Origin: Ignavibacteriota bacterium
Lineage (GTDB): Bacteria; Bacteroidota; Ignavibacteria; Kapaibacteriales; UBA2268
Length of the DNA: 64,000 bases
Direction of reading: 5' to 3'
NCBI GenBank assembly: GCA_019637995.1
Contig: JAHBUQ010000002.1
Coordinates: 1,368,423 to 1,432,422, forward strand
Under the pieces are notes generated by a model. It saw only the letters and a list, made by a program, of their open reading frames with translations, was not told the origin of the DNA and ran no database searches. A program made the translations under genes and the position numbers. Shown here in pieces: positions 39,016-48,015 of the stretch. Numbering within the stretch: position 1 is the first letter of the stretch; every line of letters begins with the position of its first letter.

Positions 39016-39495
39016 TTGTTTGAGATGAAAGGTAAATACATAGTCTGGATAGTTCTCCTTGTAATAGCATTAATGAGTGGTATAGCTTTTTTTATGCAGT
39101 CTAAAACAAGTTCGAAAGTCAGTCCCCAAATAATTGAGCAATTAATTGAGCCCTACAAACAGTTACTCCAAAGTGGTAATTTTGAGGAAGCTTATTATTC
39201 ATTGACTTCTATTGATTACAAAGTTGATAATACTTTTGCCAAATACCTTGCAGCTCAGGATTCCAACAAAGCAGTTTATGGAGAGCTTGTGGATTTGAAG
39301 CCGGTTTCAGGCGTTTTTCTTAAAGAAACCACTCAGGGAAATAAAATAATTTTCAAAGCGACGTTTGCTTATATCGGCTCAAAATCATCACAAAGAATCG
39401 TAATTGATGCAATCAAAGAAAACGACGAATTTAAACTGTTTAAAACATATAACAGTTATGTATCTATTGGAGGACTTGTTCCTGTGATTTATTAA
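39016..39495 (+). CDS. hypothetical membrane-anchored protein
   Basis: Single N-terminal TM helix (IVWIVLLVIALMSGIAFF); no recognisable domain. Confidence 0.4.
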   Translation: MFEMKGKYIVWIVLLVIALMSGIAFFMQSKTSSKVSPQIIEQLIEPYKQLLQSGNFEEAYYSLTSIDYKVDNTFAKYLAAQDSNKAVYGELVDLKPVSGVFLKETTQGNKIIFKATFAYIGSKSSQRIVIDAIKENDEFKLFKTYNSYVSIGGLVPVIY

Positions 39496-39695
39496 TAGTT
39501 GACTTTGCATATTAATTATTATTTGCTCTTTATTTACTGATACAGTAGCTATAAGCGCCTGTTTCATAAATATTTAGGCTATTAGCAGTAAATCTGACTG
39601 AATTCACAAAATTCAAAAATCAAGAATATTTTTTATTAAAATCATATTTATTCGTCTATATAAGTATTAGATATAATTAATCATGATTTTTAAAG

Positions 39696-40613
39696 ATGAG
39701 ATACATGAAATTTTCGCTATCAGCTATAATACTTTTAATATTTTCATACAGTTTAGTATTATTTTCTCAGGATAACTCAAGTAATGATGAGCGTGAGAAA
39801 ATGATAATCTACGAGCTTCAGGAATACAAATATCTCTTTTTCAAGGGAGATACTTTGAGATATAAAATCGCATCATTTGACAGTATCGTAATCAATTATG
39901 GCAAACCTCTTGAGAAAACAAGATTCGAATATATTGAAATTACTTGCGATTCAGTGACCAAAGACAAAAGATATTTGCTTAATTTCAATCTGAAAAGTCT
40001 GATTTCAGATGAATCAATTGGTGGTGCTGAAAAATCCAGGAGGACTTCCTCGCCCTGGCAAAACAGGAAATCGTACTTATGGCTCGACTCTTTAGGCAAC
40101 AGAATTGGCAGTATGTCTGATGATAGTTTACTATATGCTATGTCACCTGGTGGGGCATTTGCACCATATTTATTTTTTCCTTTCAAAGAGCGCTATCGCT
40201 ATATTAATGAATCCTGGCTTGTTAATTCTAAGGATACATTGTGTGAAAACGGAGTACCATGTGCGACACTCAATCAGTCCTCACTTTTCAGAGCCCGTCA
40301 TCCTCTTGATACTCTTGGTCACAGCTGCAACAAGTTCAGCTATATTAAGACCGGCACCGGTGCAATCAATGTGTTAACAAATGAAACTATGATTAGAACC
40401 GAATCTACAATTTCAGGCTCTGGTGTTATTACAATCAGCAACAAGGACTTTATTCCGGTACATTACTTTGCTAATATCGAACAAAAACTTCAGATATTCT
40501 ACCCTGATACAGATGAAATTCCGGGTGTGCACTTCATATCAACAGACTGGACGTTGGATGAATTTATTCCATCCAAGCTCAGGTCAGCTCCACCCAAAAA
40601 GAAGAAAAAGTAA
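39696..40613 (+). CDS. hypothetical secreted protein with poly-Lys C-terminus
   Basis: Signal peptide; ends ...SAPPKKKKK; no recognisable domain. Confidence 0.4.
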   Translation: MRYMKFSLSAIILLIFSYSLVLFSQDNSSNDEREKMIIYELQEYKYLFFKGDTLRYKIASFDSIVINYGKPLEKTRFEYIEITCDSVTKDKRYLLNFNLKSLISDESIGGAEKSRRTSSPWQNRKSYLWLDSLGNRIGSMSDDSLLYAMSPGGAFAPYLFFPFKERYRYINESWLVNSKDTLCENGVPCATLNQSSLFRARHPLDTLGHSCNKFSYIKTGTGAINVLTNETMIRTESTISGSGVITISNKDFIPVHYFANIEQKLQIFYPDTDEIPGVHFISTDWTLDEFIPSKLRSAPPKKKKK

Positions 40614-40621
40614 ATTAAATG

Positions 40622-40649
40622 GGGCTTTCTTTGTTTAAGGAGAAAGCCT
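40622..40649. terminator. hairpin ggctttct...agaaagcc + T-rich stretch
   Basis: 8-bp stem overlapping the pdxH stop; followed by TTTCGATTTT. Confidence 0.35.
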
Positions 40650-41273
40650 TTCGATTTTCCATTCACTACCGATTAATTCATATTTAAATCTGTCGTGCAG
40701 ACGGCTTTCGCGTCCCTGCCAGAATTCAAATTCATCAGGTATTAGCCTGTATCCACCCCAGAAATCAGGAAGTGGTACATTGACCGGATATTTTAGCATC
40801 AAACCGGCTACTTTTCTGATTAAAGTGAATCTGCTTTTAAGAGGTTTGCTCTGCTCAGATGCCCAAGCACCCAATCGGCTTGTATAGGGTCTTTTTGAAA
40901 AATATGCTTCAGATTCTTCCTTTGATGCTTTTTCAATGCGACCCTCAATTCTTATCTGTCTCTCAAATTTGTCCCAGAAAAAAAGCATCGAACCATAAGG
41001 ATTTCCAAGTATTTCCACACCTTTACGACTTAAATAATTAGTATAGAACACAAATCCACGCTCATCATAAGATTTCAAAAGCACTATTCTTGATGACGGT
41101 CTGCCCGAATTTGAAACAGTAGATATTGAGAATGCCGTAGGCTCTAAAAATTCTCCTGCTAAGGCATCTTTCATCCAAATATCAAACTGCTCATAAGGGT
41201 TTTTGTTAATGCTCTCAATATCTAAACTGAACTTGCTGTAATCTCTTCTTATATTTGATAAATCTTCCATCTT
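40635..41273 (-). CDS. pdxH: pyridoxamine 5'-phosphate oxidase
   Basis: RIVLLKSYDERGFVFYTNYLSRKG...FWQGRESRLHDRFKY matches PdxH; start placed at internal Met (MEDLSNIRRDY). Confidence 0.85.
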   Translation of the reverse strand, partial: KMEDLSNIRRDYSKFSLDIESINKNPYEQFDIWMKDALAGEFLEPTAFSISTVSNSGRPSSRIVLLKSYDERGFVFYTNYLSRKGVEILGNPYGSMLFFWDKFERQIRIEGRIEKASKEESEAYFSKRPYTSRLGAWASEQSKPLKSRFTLIRKVAGLMLKYPVNVPLPDFWGGYRLIPDEFEFWQGRESRLHDRFKYELIGSEWKIERLSP

Positions 41274-41403
41274 TTCGAAATTTTGCTTAATTAAAAGATA
41301 ATAGACGTAGTAATTTAAAATAGTCATATAGTTGCACATTATTTTAAAAATTAAAACCGTTGCTAATCGTTGATTAATCTTTGATTATAATTTTTCGGTT
41401 TAA

Positions 41404-42510
41404 ATGAAGAACCTTGTTATTCTTTTGATAATACTTGCAATGTTTGTTACTTTTTTTGCTTGCGTAAAAACACCAACAGATAGTTTGCCAATTAACACTA
41501 ATAAAGCTGACTCAGGTGATATACTGGTACTTTCGGAAGGACTACAAGGATATGATAACTCTGCTCTGACTTTAATAAAAAGCCAGTCAGGTGAAGTTGT
41601 TAAAGAATATTTTAAGTCTTCAAATAATAATGAAAAATTGGGTGACACAGCCAATGACATTATTCTAAAAGGTGATACAGCAATTATTGTACTGACAACT
41701 CCATCAATTTTAAGACTAGTAAATATTAAATCCGGTTTGAAAATTAAAGATATTCCAATGCCGGAAAACTGTCAGCCACGACACATCGACCGAATTAGTG
41801 ACAGTACATTTTGCGTAAGTTGTCTGCTTAGAAATTCAATTGTAATTGTTAATATAAACAGCAGTTCTATTCAAAAGGAAATTGAAGTTGGACCCCAGCC
41901 GGAAGGAATTGCATATCACGATGGGTTCATTTTTACAGCAAATTCTGCCTATGGTGATTTTAATTACCTGCATCCCGATGCCGGAACAATTTCAATAATT
42001 TCTCTTGAAAATTCTCTTGAAATCAAAAAAATCAAATCAGGTACAAATTGCAATGAAGTGCTTGTTGTTCCCGAACACGATTTATTATTTGCAGCTTACT
42101 ATGATTTGCCATCAAGAGAAGACAGCACTGGTGGAATCGTGATGTATAAACTGAAAACTTTGGAAGAAGTACGTCGTTGGAGCATCAGAACAAGGAACCT
42201 GACATTTAATCCATTTGACAATAAATTATATTTCATCAGTCAAAAGCCCAAAGGTAGTAAAACTATGGGAGAGTCGGGTATTTCAGTTCTTGATTTTGAA
42301 ACCGGCAAAATAACAAGTTTAGTAGTTAATAATTATCCTCAGGATATCTGGTATGGATTATCTGTTTCACATTTGGACGGCTCTATTTGGCTTTGTAATG
42401 CAGGAAATCATATCAACAACGGAAAAATTTTAAAATTTAATACTTTAGGTGTGCAAGAACACTCATTTGAGGTTATGCAAAATCCTAATACAATCATTTT
42501 TGTAAGATGA
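41404..42510 (+). CDS. lipoprotein, probable beta-propeller (YncE/DUF5074-like)
   Basis: Lipoprotein-type signal with Cys (FFACVKT); repetitive beta-rich sequence. Confidence 0.35.
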   Translation: MKNLVILLIILAMFVTFFACVKTPTDSLPINTNKADSGDILVLSEGLQGYDNSALTLIKSQSGEVVKEYFKSSNNNEKLGDTANDIILKGDTAIIVLTTPSILRLVNIKSGLKIKDIPMPENCQPRHIDRISDSTFCVSCLLRNSIVIVNINSSSIQKEIEVGPQPEGIAYHDGFIFTANSAYGDFNYLHPDAGTISIISLENSLEIKKIKSGTNCNEVLVVPEHDLLFAAYYDLPSREDSTGGIVMYKLKTLEEVRRWSIRTRNLTFNPFDNKLYFISQKPKGSKTMGESGISVLDFETGKITSLVVNNYPQDIWYGLSVSHLDGSIWLCNAGNHINNGKILKFNTLGVQEHSFEVMQNPNTIIFVR

Positions 42511-42631
42511 TTGTTTGTTATTTTTTCATGATATTAAAATCTATTTTAGAATTAATTCCGTATTTTTGTATAATCATTTATTAAGTAGATGTCATTAGAT
42601 GATTAGCAAATACTTAACAAAGAAAACAAAA

Positions 42632-44050
42632 ATGAAAGTATTATTAACCGGCTCGACCGGCTACATCGGTAAAAGATTACTACCTGTACTGGTTGATAAG
42701 GGTTTTTCAGTGGTATGCAGCGTGCGGGATAAAAGTAAATTCAATCCTGAAAGTTCGTTATTAGATAAAATTGAAATCATAGAGAACGATTTAACAAATA
42801 GAAGTTCCTTAGATAATATTCCCGAAGATATTGATTTTGCTTATTATTTAGTTCATTCAATGTCCACAACGAAAAACTATGAAGATTTGGAAAAGCAATC
42901 TGCTATTAATTTTAGAGATGCTTTAAGCAAGACAAACGTTAAGCAAGTAATTTATCTGAGTGGTATCGTTAATTCCAAAACACTTTCAAAGCATCTTAAT
43001 TCTCGTAAAAATGTAGAAATAGAATTATCTAAGGGAAATTATTCTCTGACTACGGTTCGTGCAGGAGTAATAATTGGCTCAGGAAGTGCTTCATTTGAGA
43101 TTATACGCGACTTAGTGGAAAAACTACCTGTGATGATTGCCCCGAAATGGCTAAAAACCCTTTGTCAGCCAATCGGTATTTCTGATGTAATCAAAATACT
43201 TACCGGTGTTTTAAATAATAAACTAACATTTAATAAGAGTTTTGATATTGCAGGCGAGGATATTCTTACTTATAAAGAAATGCTTTTGGGCTATGCCGAA
43301 GTTCGCGAATTGAAAAGGTACATTTGGACAGTCCCTGTAATGACTCCAAGATTATCATCATACTGGTTGTTTTTTGTTACATCAACCACCTATACACTTG
43401 CGTCTTCTTTGGTGGACAGTATGAAAATTGAGGTTATCGCAAACAATAACGAAATTCATAAGATATTGGGGTTAAAGCCATTATCTTATAAAGAATCAAT
43501 CAAGAGAGCATTTGAAAGAATTGAGCAAAGTGAAATTATCTCAAGTTGGAAAGATTCTACTGTCAGCGGAAGAATTGACTACAAAATATCTGAATATATA
43601 AATGTACCGGAATTTGGCTGCTATAAAGATATTAGAAAAAAAGGGGTAATAAATATATCAAACTGTTTGGATAAAATTTGGAGTATTGGAGGTAAAAACG
43701 GCTGGTATTATGCTAACTGGCTTTGGGTCATCAGGGGTTTTTTGGATAAAGTTGCAGGTGGAGTTGGTTTAAGAAGAGGCAGAACAAATTTGAATAAAAT
43801 TCAGGCAGGTGATACACTTGATTTTTGGCGTGTACTATATGCAAGCAAGGAAGAAGGAAGACTATTATTATTTGCAGAAATGAAGCTCCCCGGTGAAGCA
43901 TGGTTAGAATTTAAAATAAACGATGATATGTTGATTCAAACCGCTACATACAGACCAAAGGGCTTAATCGGAAGATTATATTGGTTGAGTGTTCTGCCAT
44001 TTCATAGTATCATATTCAACGGCTTAATCAATGAATTAACTAAAAAATGA
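42632..44050 (+). CDS. NAD(P)H-binding SDR/NmrA-like domain fused to DUF2867-like domain
   Basis: MKVLLTGSTGYIGKRLLPVLVDKG Rossmann motif; C-terminal ~200 aa resembles DUF2867. Confidence 0.55.
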   Translation: MKVLLTGSTGYIGKRLLPVLVDKGFSVVCSVRDKSKFNPESSLLDKIEIIENDLTNRSSLDNIPEDIDFAYYLVHSMSTTKNYEDLEKQSAINFRDALSKTNVKQVIYLSGIVNSKTLSKHLNSRKNVEIELSKGNYSLTTVRAGVIIGSGSASFEIIRDLVEKLPVMIAPKWLKTLCQPIGISDVIKILTGVLNNKLTFNKSFDIAGEDILTYKEMLLGYAEVRELKRYIWTVPVMTPRLSSYWLFFVTSTTYTLASSLVDSMKIEVIANNNEIHKILGLKPLSYKESIKRAFERIEQSEIISSWKDSTVSGRIDYKISEYINVPEFGCYKDIRKKGVINISNCLDKIWSIGGKNGWYYANWLWVIRGFLDKVAGGVGLRRGRTNLNKIQAGDTLDFWRVLYASKEEGRLLLFAEMKLPGEAWLEFKINDDMLIQTATYRPKGLIGRLYWLSVLPFHSIIFNGLINELTKK

Positions 44051-44172
44051 TGTGATTTAAGATTGGTATGAATTTGAAATATCAGATGCATTTATTTCCG
44101 GAATATTAATTTTCAATAACCCATACAAATTGTTTAACATTTCAGGATACCATTTTGTGTAATAGATTTTGC

Positions 44173-46977
44173 TTATCTCATTAACGGATTGTCCTGAAGC
44201 TCATATCTTAAATCTTTAAGCTGAGAAGCACGAATTCCGAGTTTCAGATAAAATCCCGAATTTCCACCGACAGGAGTCCAATTGAAAACAAGTTCCCAGC
44301 AATGAAGATCTTTGATGAAATTGATTTGAGGAACATTAAAAGTATGACTTACAAAATCATATCCACCATTTGTATTAATTGACCAGGTTTCGGTCAGCCG
44401 TAAATTACCGGAGAACCTAAGATTAATTGACTCACGCTTAGTTGCCGGATTCATAGAAGGGCGTGAATAACTGTAAACAAGTCCGAGATTAACATTCCAT
44501 GGTACATTCATCGAAGAGTATCCGGGAGATGAATCTCCATACAAATCACTTATTGAAGTAGCTCCGTCATGTCTGGCTTGGAATCTTTTACCAAATTCAA
44601 CTTTTTCTTCCTCAGTTTGAGTAGTGTCATCCTGAATTGTTTGATGGCGACTGCCTAAATCAATTCCTTTAGAAGAGAATGTTGTTGAAAAGTTAAGACT
44701 TAAGTTTGTTAATCTCATCAAACCTTTTCCGCTTCCTGCAAGCATACGGTTGACCGTAACGTACTGCTCGCGGATGTTCCCCTGAGCATCAGTTGTAGTA
44801 ATGACGTCTTCATCATAAAATTTAAAATTAGCATTTCCGTTAAAATCTAAAATCTTCAGTGAAGGTGAACGAAATCCGATATTCAAATCACTTAAATTGA
44901 GCGAGTCGCGTGCAAAATCATATCCTGTGGACAAGTTTAACCTTAGAATTTCCACATTAACATCAGGCAATGTATCTTTTTGGGGTAGCTTAATCTCAAA
45001 GCTGTGAATGTCTGAATACCTGATTGAGCTTGAAAAAGCTCTTGATGCAATACCACCACCATCTAACTCAAATCGTGAATACAAGACTTCGCGATTGCTT
45101 CTTGTGTCGTAATAAGTCCCGTAGAATCCATGCTCAGGAGCTGACTGGTCAGGATTTAATACAAAAGCAATATTTGGATTATAAACATGTCTTGCCGCTT
45201 TGATTCCCAATGACGAAGGTTTCAGAAGCCAAAATAGAGGCTTAGTGTCATCAGTTACACCGTACAATTTCGTTTGTACATTTATACCCATACCATAATT
45301 GTATTCATAATAAAAGCCATTTGATTCATCTTCGATAATACTTGAATCGGCATCATTCCAACGTCTGTCAACTCTTCGAAAATAATTATTCATACTGAAA
45401 TTTACAAATGGACTGACTGTAAAGTATCCGAATTTAGGATTGATACTTACAGACGGTCTGTGTTCAATTCGATATCTTGTGTCATATCTGAACTTATTAA
45501 TTGTATCAAGATCTAAAGGGTCATTATCAATTGGCAGAATAGTAGTTTCAGGTGTTTTATTGCTTTGATAAATGCCACTTGATGAATAGCTGAAAGAAAT
45601 ATCACGAACCCAGCGAGGAAGTGATTTGATTTGTGAGAAAAACCTGCTTGTAGGTAAGTTGAATCTTGCTGCAGCATTTTGGTTAAATCCATCTGTAACA
45701 ATATTTTGGTCTCTGTCAAAATTCACTGAAAGGGTCGTTCTGTTTTCAAAATTTTTAGTGTATGATGCGGCAGAGCGTATATTTTGTTGAATAAAATTGG
45801 GCATAGTAGAGCTTGTGTTTCTATTGAAATCACTTGAAGTGAAATCAAGATTTACAACAGCCTTATCGTTTGGTGTGAAATCCTGATTATGATTAAGTTT
45901 AAGGCGCCAGTTTGTAGTCCATTCATCATCAACATTGAAACGGGTTTTGCCATATTCAAGCTCAAGATTGCCGTTGAATTGATTTCTAAGTGCCCAGCGG
46001 GTCTGATTTTTGAGCATATATCCGCCTTTAGTATACAAATCAGTTTTGATTTGAGTATCCCAGTAATCTGAAGCAGCCCAGTAGAAACCTAAATTCTGGA
46101 ACACAACACCACGACTTTGAGAGAAAAAAAATGACGGTATAATCAGCCCTGACTTGCGACCGCTTTGTGTTGGGAAAAAGAGCCCAAAAGGCATTATGAA
46201 TACCGGCAAATCTTCAATATACAGTACCAGAGGGTCAAGCAGGACACGGTCATCGGCTATAATTTTCATTTTACTCGAACCAAAGTGAAAGTGTGGCTCA
46301 GGATGGTCGCAAGTTGTGTAGTAACCACCCTCAATAAACATCTCGGATTCGCTCATACGCTTTATTTTTGTGCCGAAATAGAAACCGTCGCTGATTTGTG
46401 TTTCGCCGACAGCTATAACACCTTGTCCGGACTGAAAATTAAACCTGATATTCTCCCCGAAATAATCCTCACCTTTGTCATTAAATTTTGGATAGCCGAT
46501 TAATTTGCCGTTGCTGTCTATAGAGCCAAATGAAGTCATCTCGGAATTCTGGAAAGACATCTCAATTACTTCAGCATTAAGTTGCTGAGTTTTATACTTA
46601 ATTTCTGCATCACCCCGAAGTCGCATTTTCTGGGATTTTAGATTATATACTATCGAGTCGCTTGCTTTATAAGTAACAATAGTGTCCAATCCGGAGCGTG
46701 CTACTCTATCTGTGATTAATTGCATCTGTACTTCATAATTGAGGGAATCCATCTTATCTCTTACTTTTTGAGAAAAAAGGCTGTCCTCAGGAGTAACTGA
46801 TGTAGAATCTGATATAATTATTTTTTGAAGTGAATCAGTTGCAATAAGAATTTTATCCTGATAAATTGAATCAATTTGAGAATTTGCAAATCCGGGTATA
46901 AATATGAAAAGGAGCAATAACTTCAAACTATGAAGCTTTGTAACTATATAATTCCATGTAAATATTTGAAATTTCAA
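44173..46977 (-). CDS. large outer-membrane beta-barrel protein, LptD(OstA)-like
   Basis: 934 aa, signal peptide, long beta-rich C-terminal region; size and architecture consistent with Bacteroidota-type LptD; not confirmed. Confidence 0.4.
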   Translation of the reverse strand: MKFQIFTWNYIVTKLHSLKLLLLFIFIPGFANSQIDSIYQDKILIATDSLQKIIISDSTSVTPEDSLFSQKVRDKMDSLNYEVQMQLITDRVARSGLDTIVTYKASDSIVYNLKSQKMRLRGDAEIKYKTQQLNAEVIEMSFQNSEMTSFGSIDSNGKLIGYPKFNDKGEDYFGENIRFNFQSGQGVIAVGETQISDGFYFGTKIKRMSESEMFIEGGYYTTCDHPEPHFHFGSSKMKIIADDRVLLDPLVLYIEDLPVFIMPFGLFFPTQSGRKSGLIIPSFFFSQSRGVVFQNLGFYWAASDYWDTQIKTDLYTKGGYMLKNQTRWALRNQFNGNLELEYGKTRFNVDDEWTTNWRLKLNHNQDFTPNDKAVVNLDFTSSDFNRNTSSTMPNFIQQNIRSAASYTKNFENRTTLSVNFDRDQNIVTDGFNQNAAARFNLPTSRFFSQIKSLPRWVRDISFSYSSSGIYQSNKTPETTILPIDNDPLDLDTINKFRYDTRYRIEHRPSVSINPKFGYFTVSPFVNFSMNNYFRRVDRRWNDADSSIIEDESNGFYYEYNYGMGINVQTKLYGVTDDTKPLFWLLKPSSLGIKAARHVYNPNIAFVLNPDQSAPEHGFYGTYYDTRSNREVLYSRFELDGGGIASRAFSSSIRYSDIHSFEIKLPQKDTLPDVNVEILRLNLSTGYDFARDSLNLSDLNIGFRSPSLKILDFNGNANFKFYDEDVITTTDAQGNIREQYVTVNRMLAGSGKGLMRLTNLSLNFSTTFSSKGIDLGSRHQTIQDDTTQTEEEKVEFGKRFQARHDGATSISDLYGDSSPGYSSMNVPWNVNLGLVYSYSRPSMNPATKRESINLRFSGNLRLTETWSINTNGGYDFVSHTFNVPQINFIKDLHCWELVFNWTPVGGNSGFYLKLGIRASQLKDLRYELQDNPLMR

Positions 46978-47104
46978 TTTGTTAACACTTTAATAAAACT
47001 GATTGAAAAATCTTTTCAATCAAAAACAAATCACTATTTGACAATTAAAACAAACTTTTATACGTTTAGTTCATTTTAATTAACTCAAAAATAGGATATT
47101 TTTT

Positions 47105-47887
47105 ATGAACTTCGAAACTTTAATTTATGAAAAACGGATTAATTACGCTTTAGTAACATTAAGCAGACCTGATAAACTAAATGCTCTTAATAAACAACTC
47201 TTCGATGACCTCGATGCAGTTATTTCTGATGTGGCAAATTCAAACGATATTTATGCATTGATTTTAACAGGAAGTGGTGAAAAAGCTTTTGCCGCAGGTG
47301 CCGATATCAAAGAGCTGAATGCCTGCGATGCTACTACAGGTGAACAATTCTCAAAATATGGCTCTGATGTAATGGCTCGGCTCGAAGCACTTGATATTCC
47401 TGTTATTGCAGCGGTTAACGGTTTCGCACTTGGTGGTGGGTGCGAGCTTGCTATGTCATGTCATATCAGATTTGCTTCTGATAATGCAAAATTTGGTCAG
47501 CCTGAAGTTAATTTGGGCATTCTTCCCGGATACGGAGGTACTCAACGCCTTTCACGGCTAACAGGAAAGGCAAACAGCATGGAGCTCATTATTTCAGGCA
47601 ATATCATCAATGCTGAGGAAGCTTATAGAATTGGTCTGGTTAATAAAGTTTTTCCGCAATCTGAACTTATGGCAAAAACTGAAGAATTTGTAAAACTTGT
47701 ACTTTCAAAAGGACCCCTTGCTGTCAAAGCATCTGTTCAGGCTGTAAATGCCTCAGAAACACTTAGTCCTGCTGAAGGACTTGCTTATGAATCCAAACTT
47801 TTCGGAGAAACCTGCGGGACAAATGATTTCAAAGAAGGTACTTCTGCTTTCCTTGAAAAAAGAAAAGCCGATTTTAAAGGAAATTAA
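47105..47887 (+). CDS. enoyl-CoA hydratase/isomerase (crotonase) family protein
   Basis: AFAAGADIKEL and GFALGGGCELAMSCHIRFAS crotonase-fold motifs; 260 aa. Confidence 0.85.
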   Translation: MNFETLIYEKRINYALVTLSRPDKLNALNKQLFDDLDAVISDVANSNDIYALILTGSGEKAFAAGADIKELNACDATTGEQFSKYGSDVMARLEALDIPVIAAVNGFALGGGCELAMSCHIRFASDNAKFGQPEVNLGILPGYGGTQRLSRLTGKANSMELIISGNIINAEEAYRIGLVNKVFPQSELMAKTEEFVKLVLSKGPLAVKASVQAVNASETLSPAEGLAYESKLFGETCGTNDFKEGTSAFLEKRKADFKGN

Positions 47888-48015
47888 TTTAAAGTTTTAT
47901 TTATTTTAAATATTCCGATTTAATCAAAATTGAATCGGAATATTTTTTATTAGCTCTGATTTGTTTATTTTTGTAAATAACTTAAATTCTAATCTTGCTA
48001 AATTTTTCTTTCAGT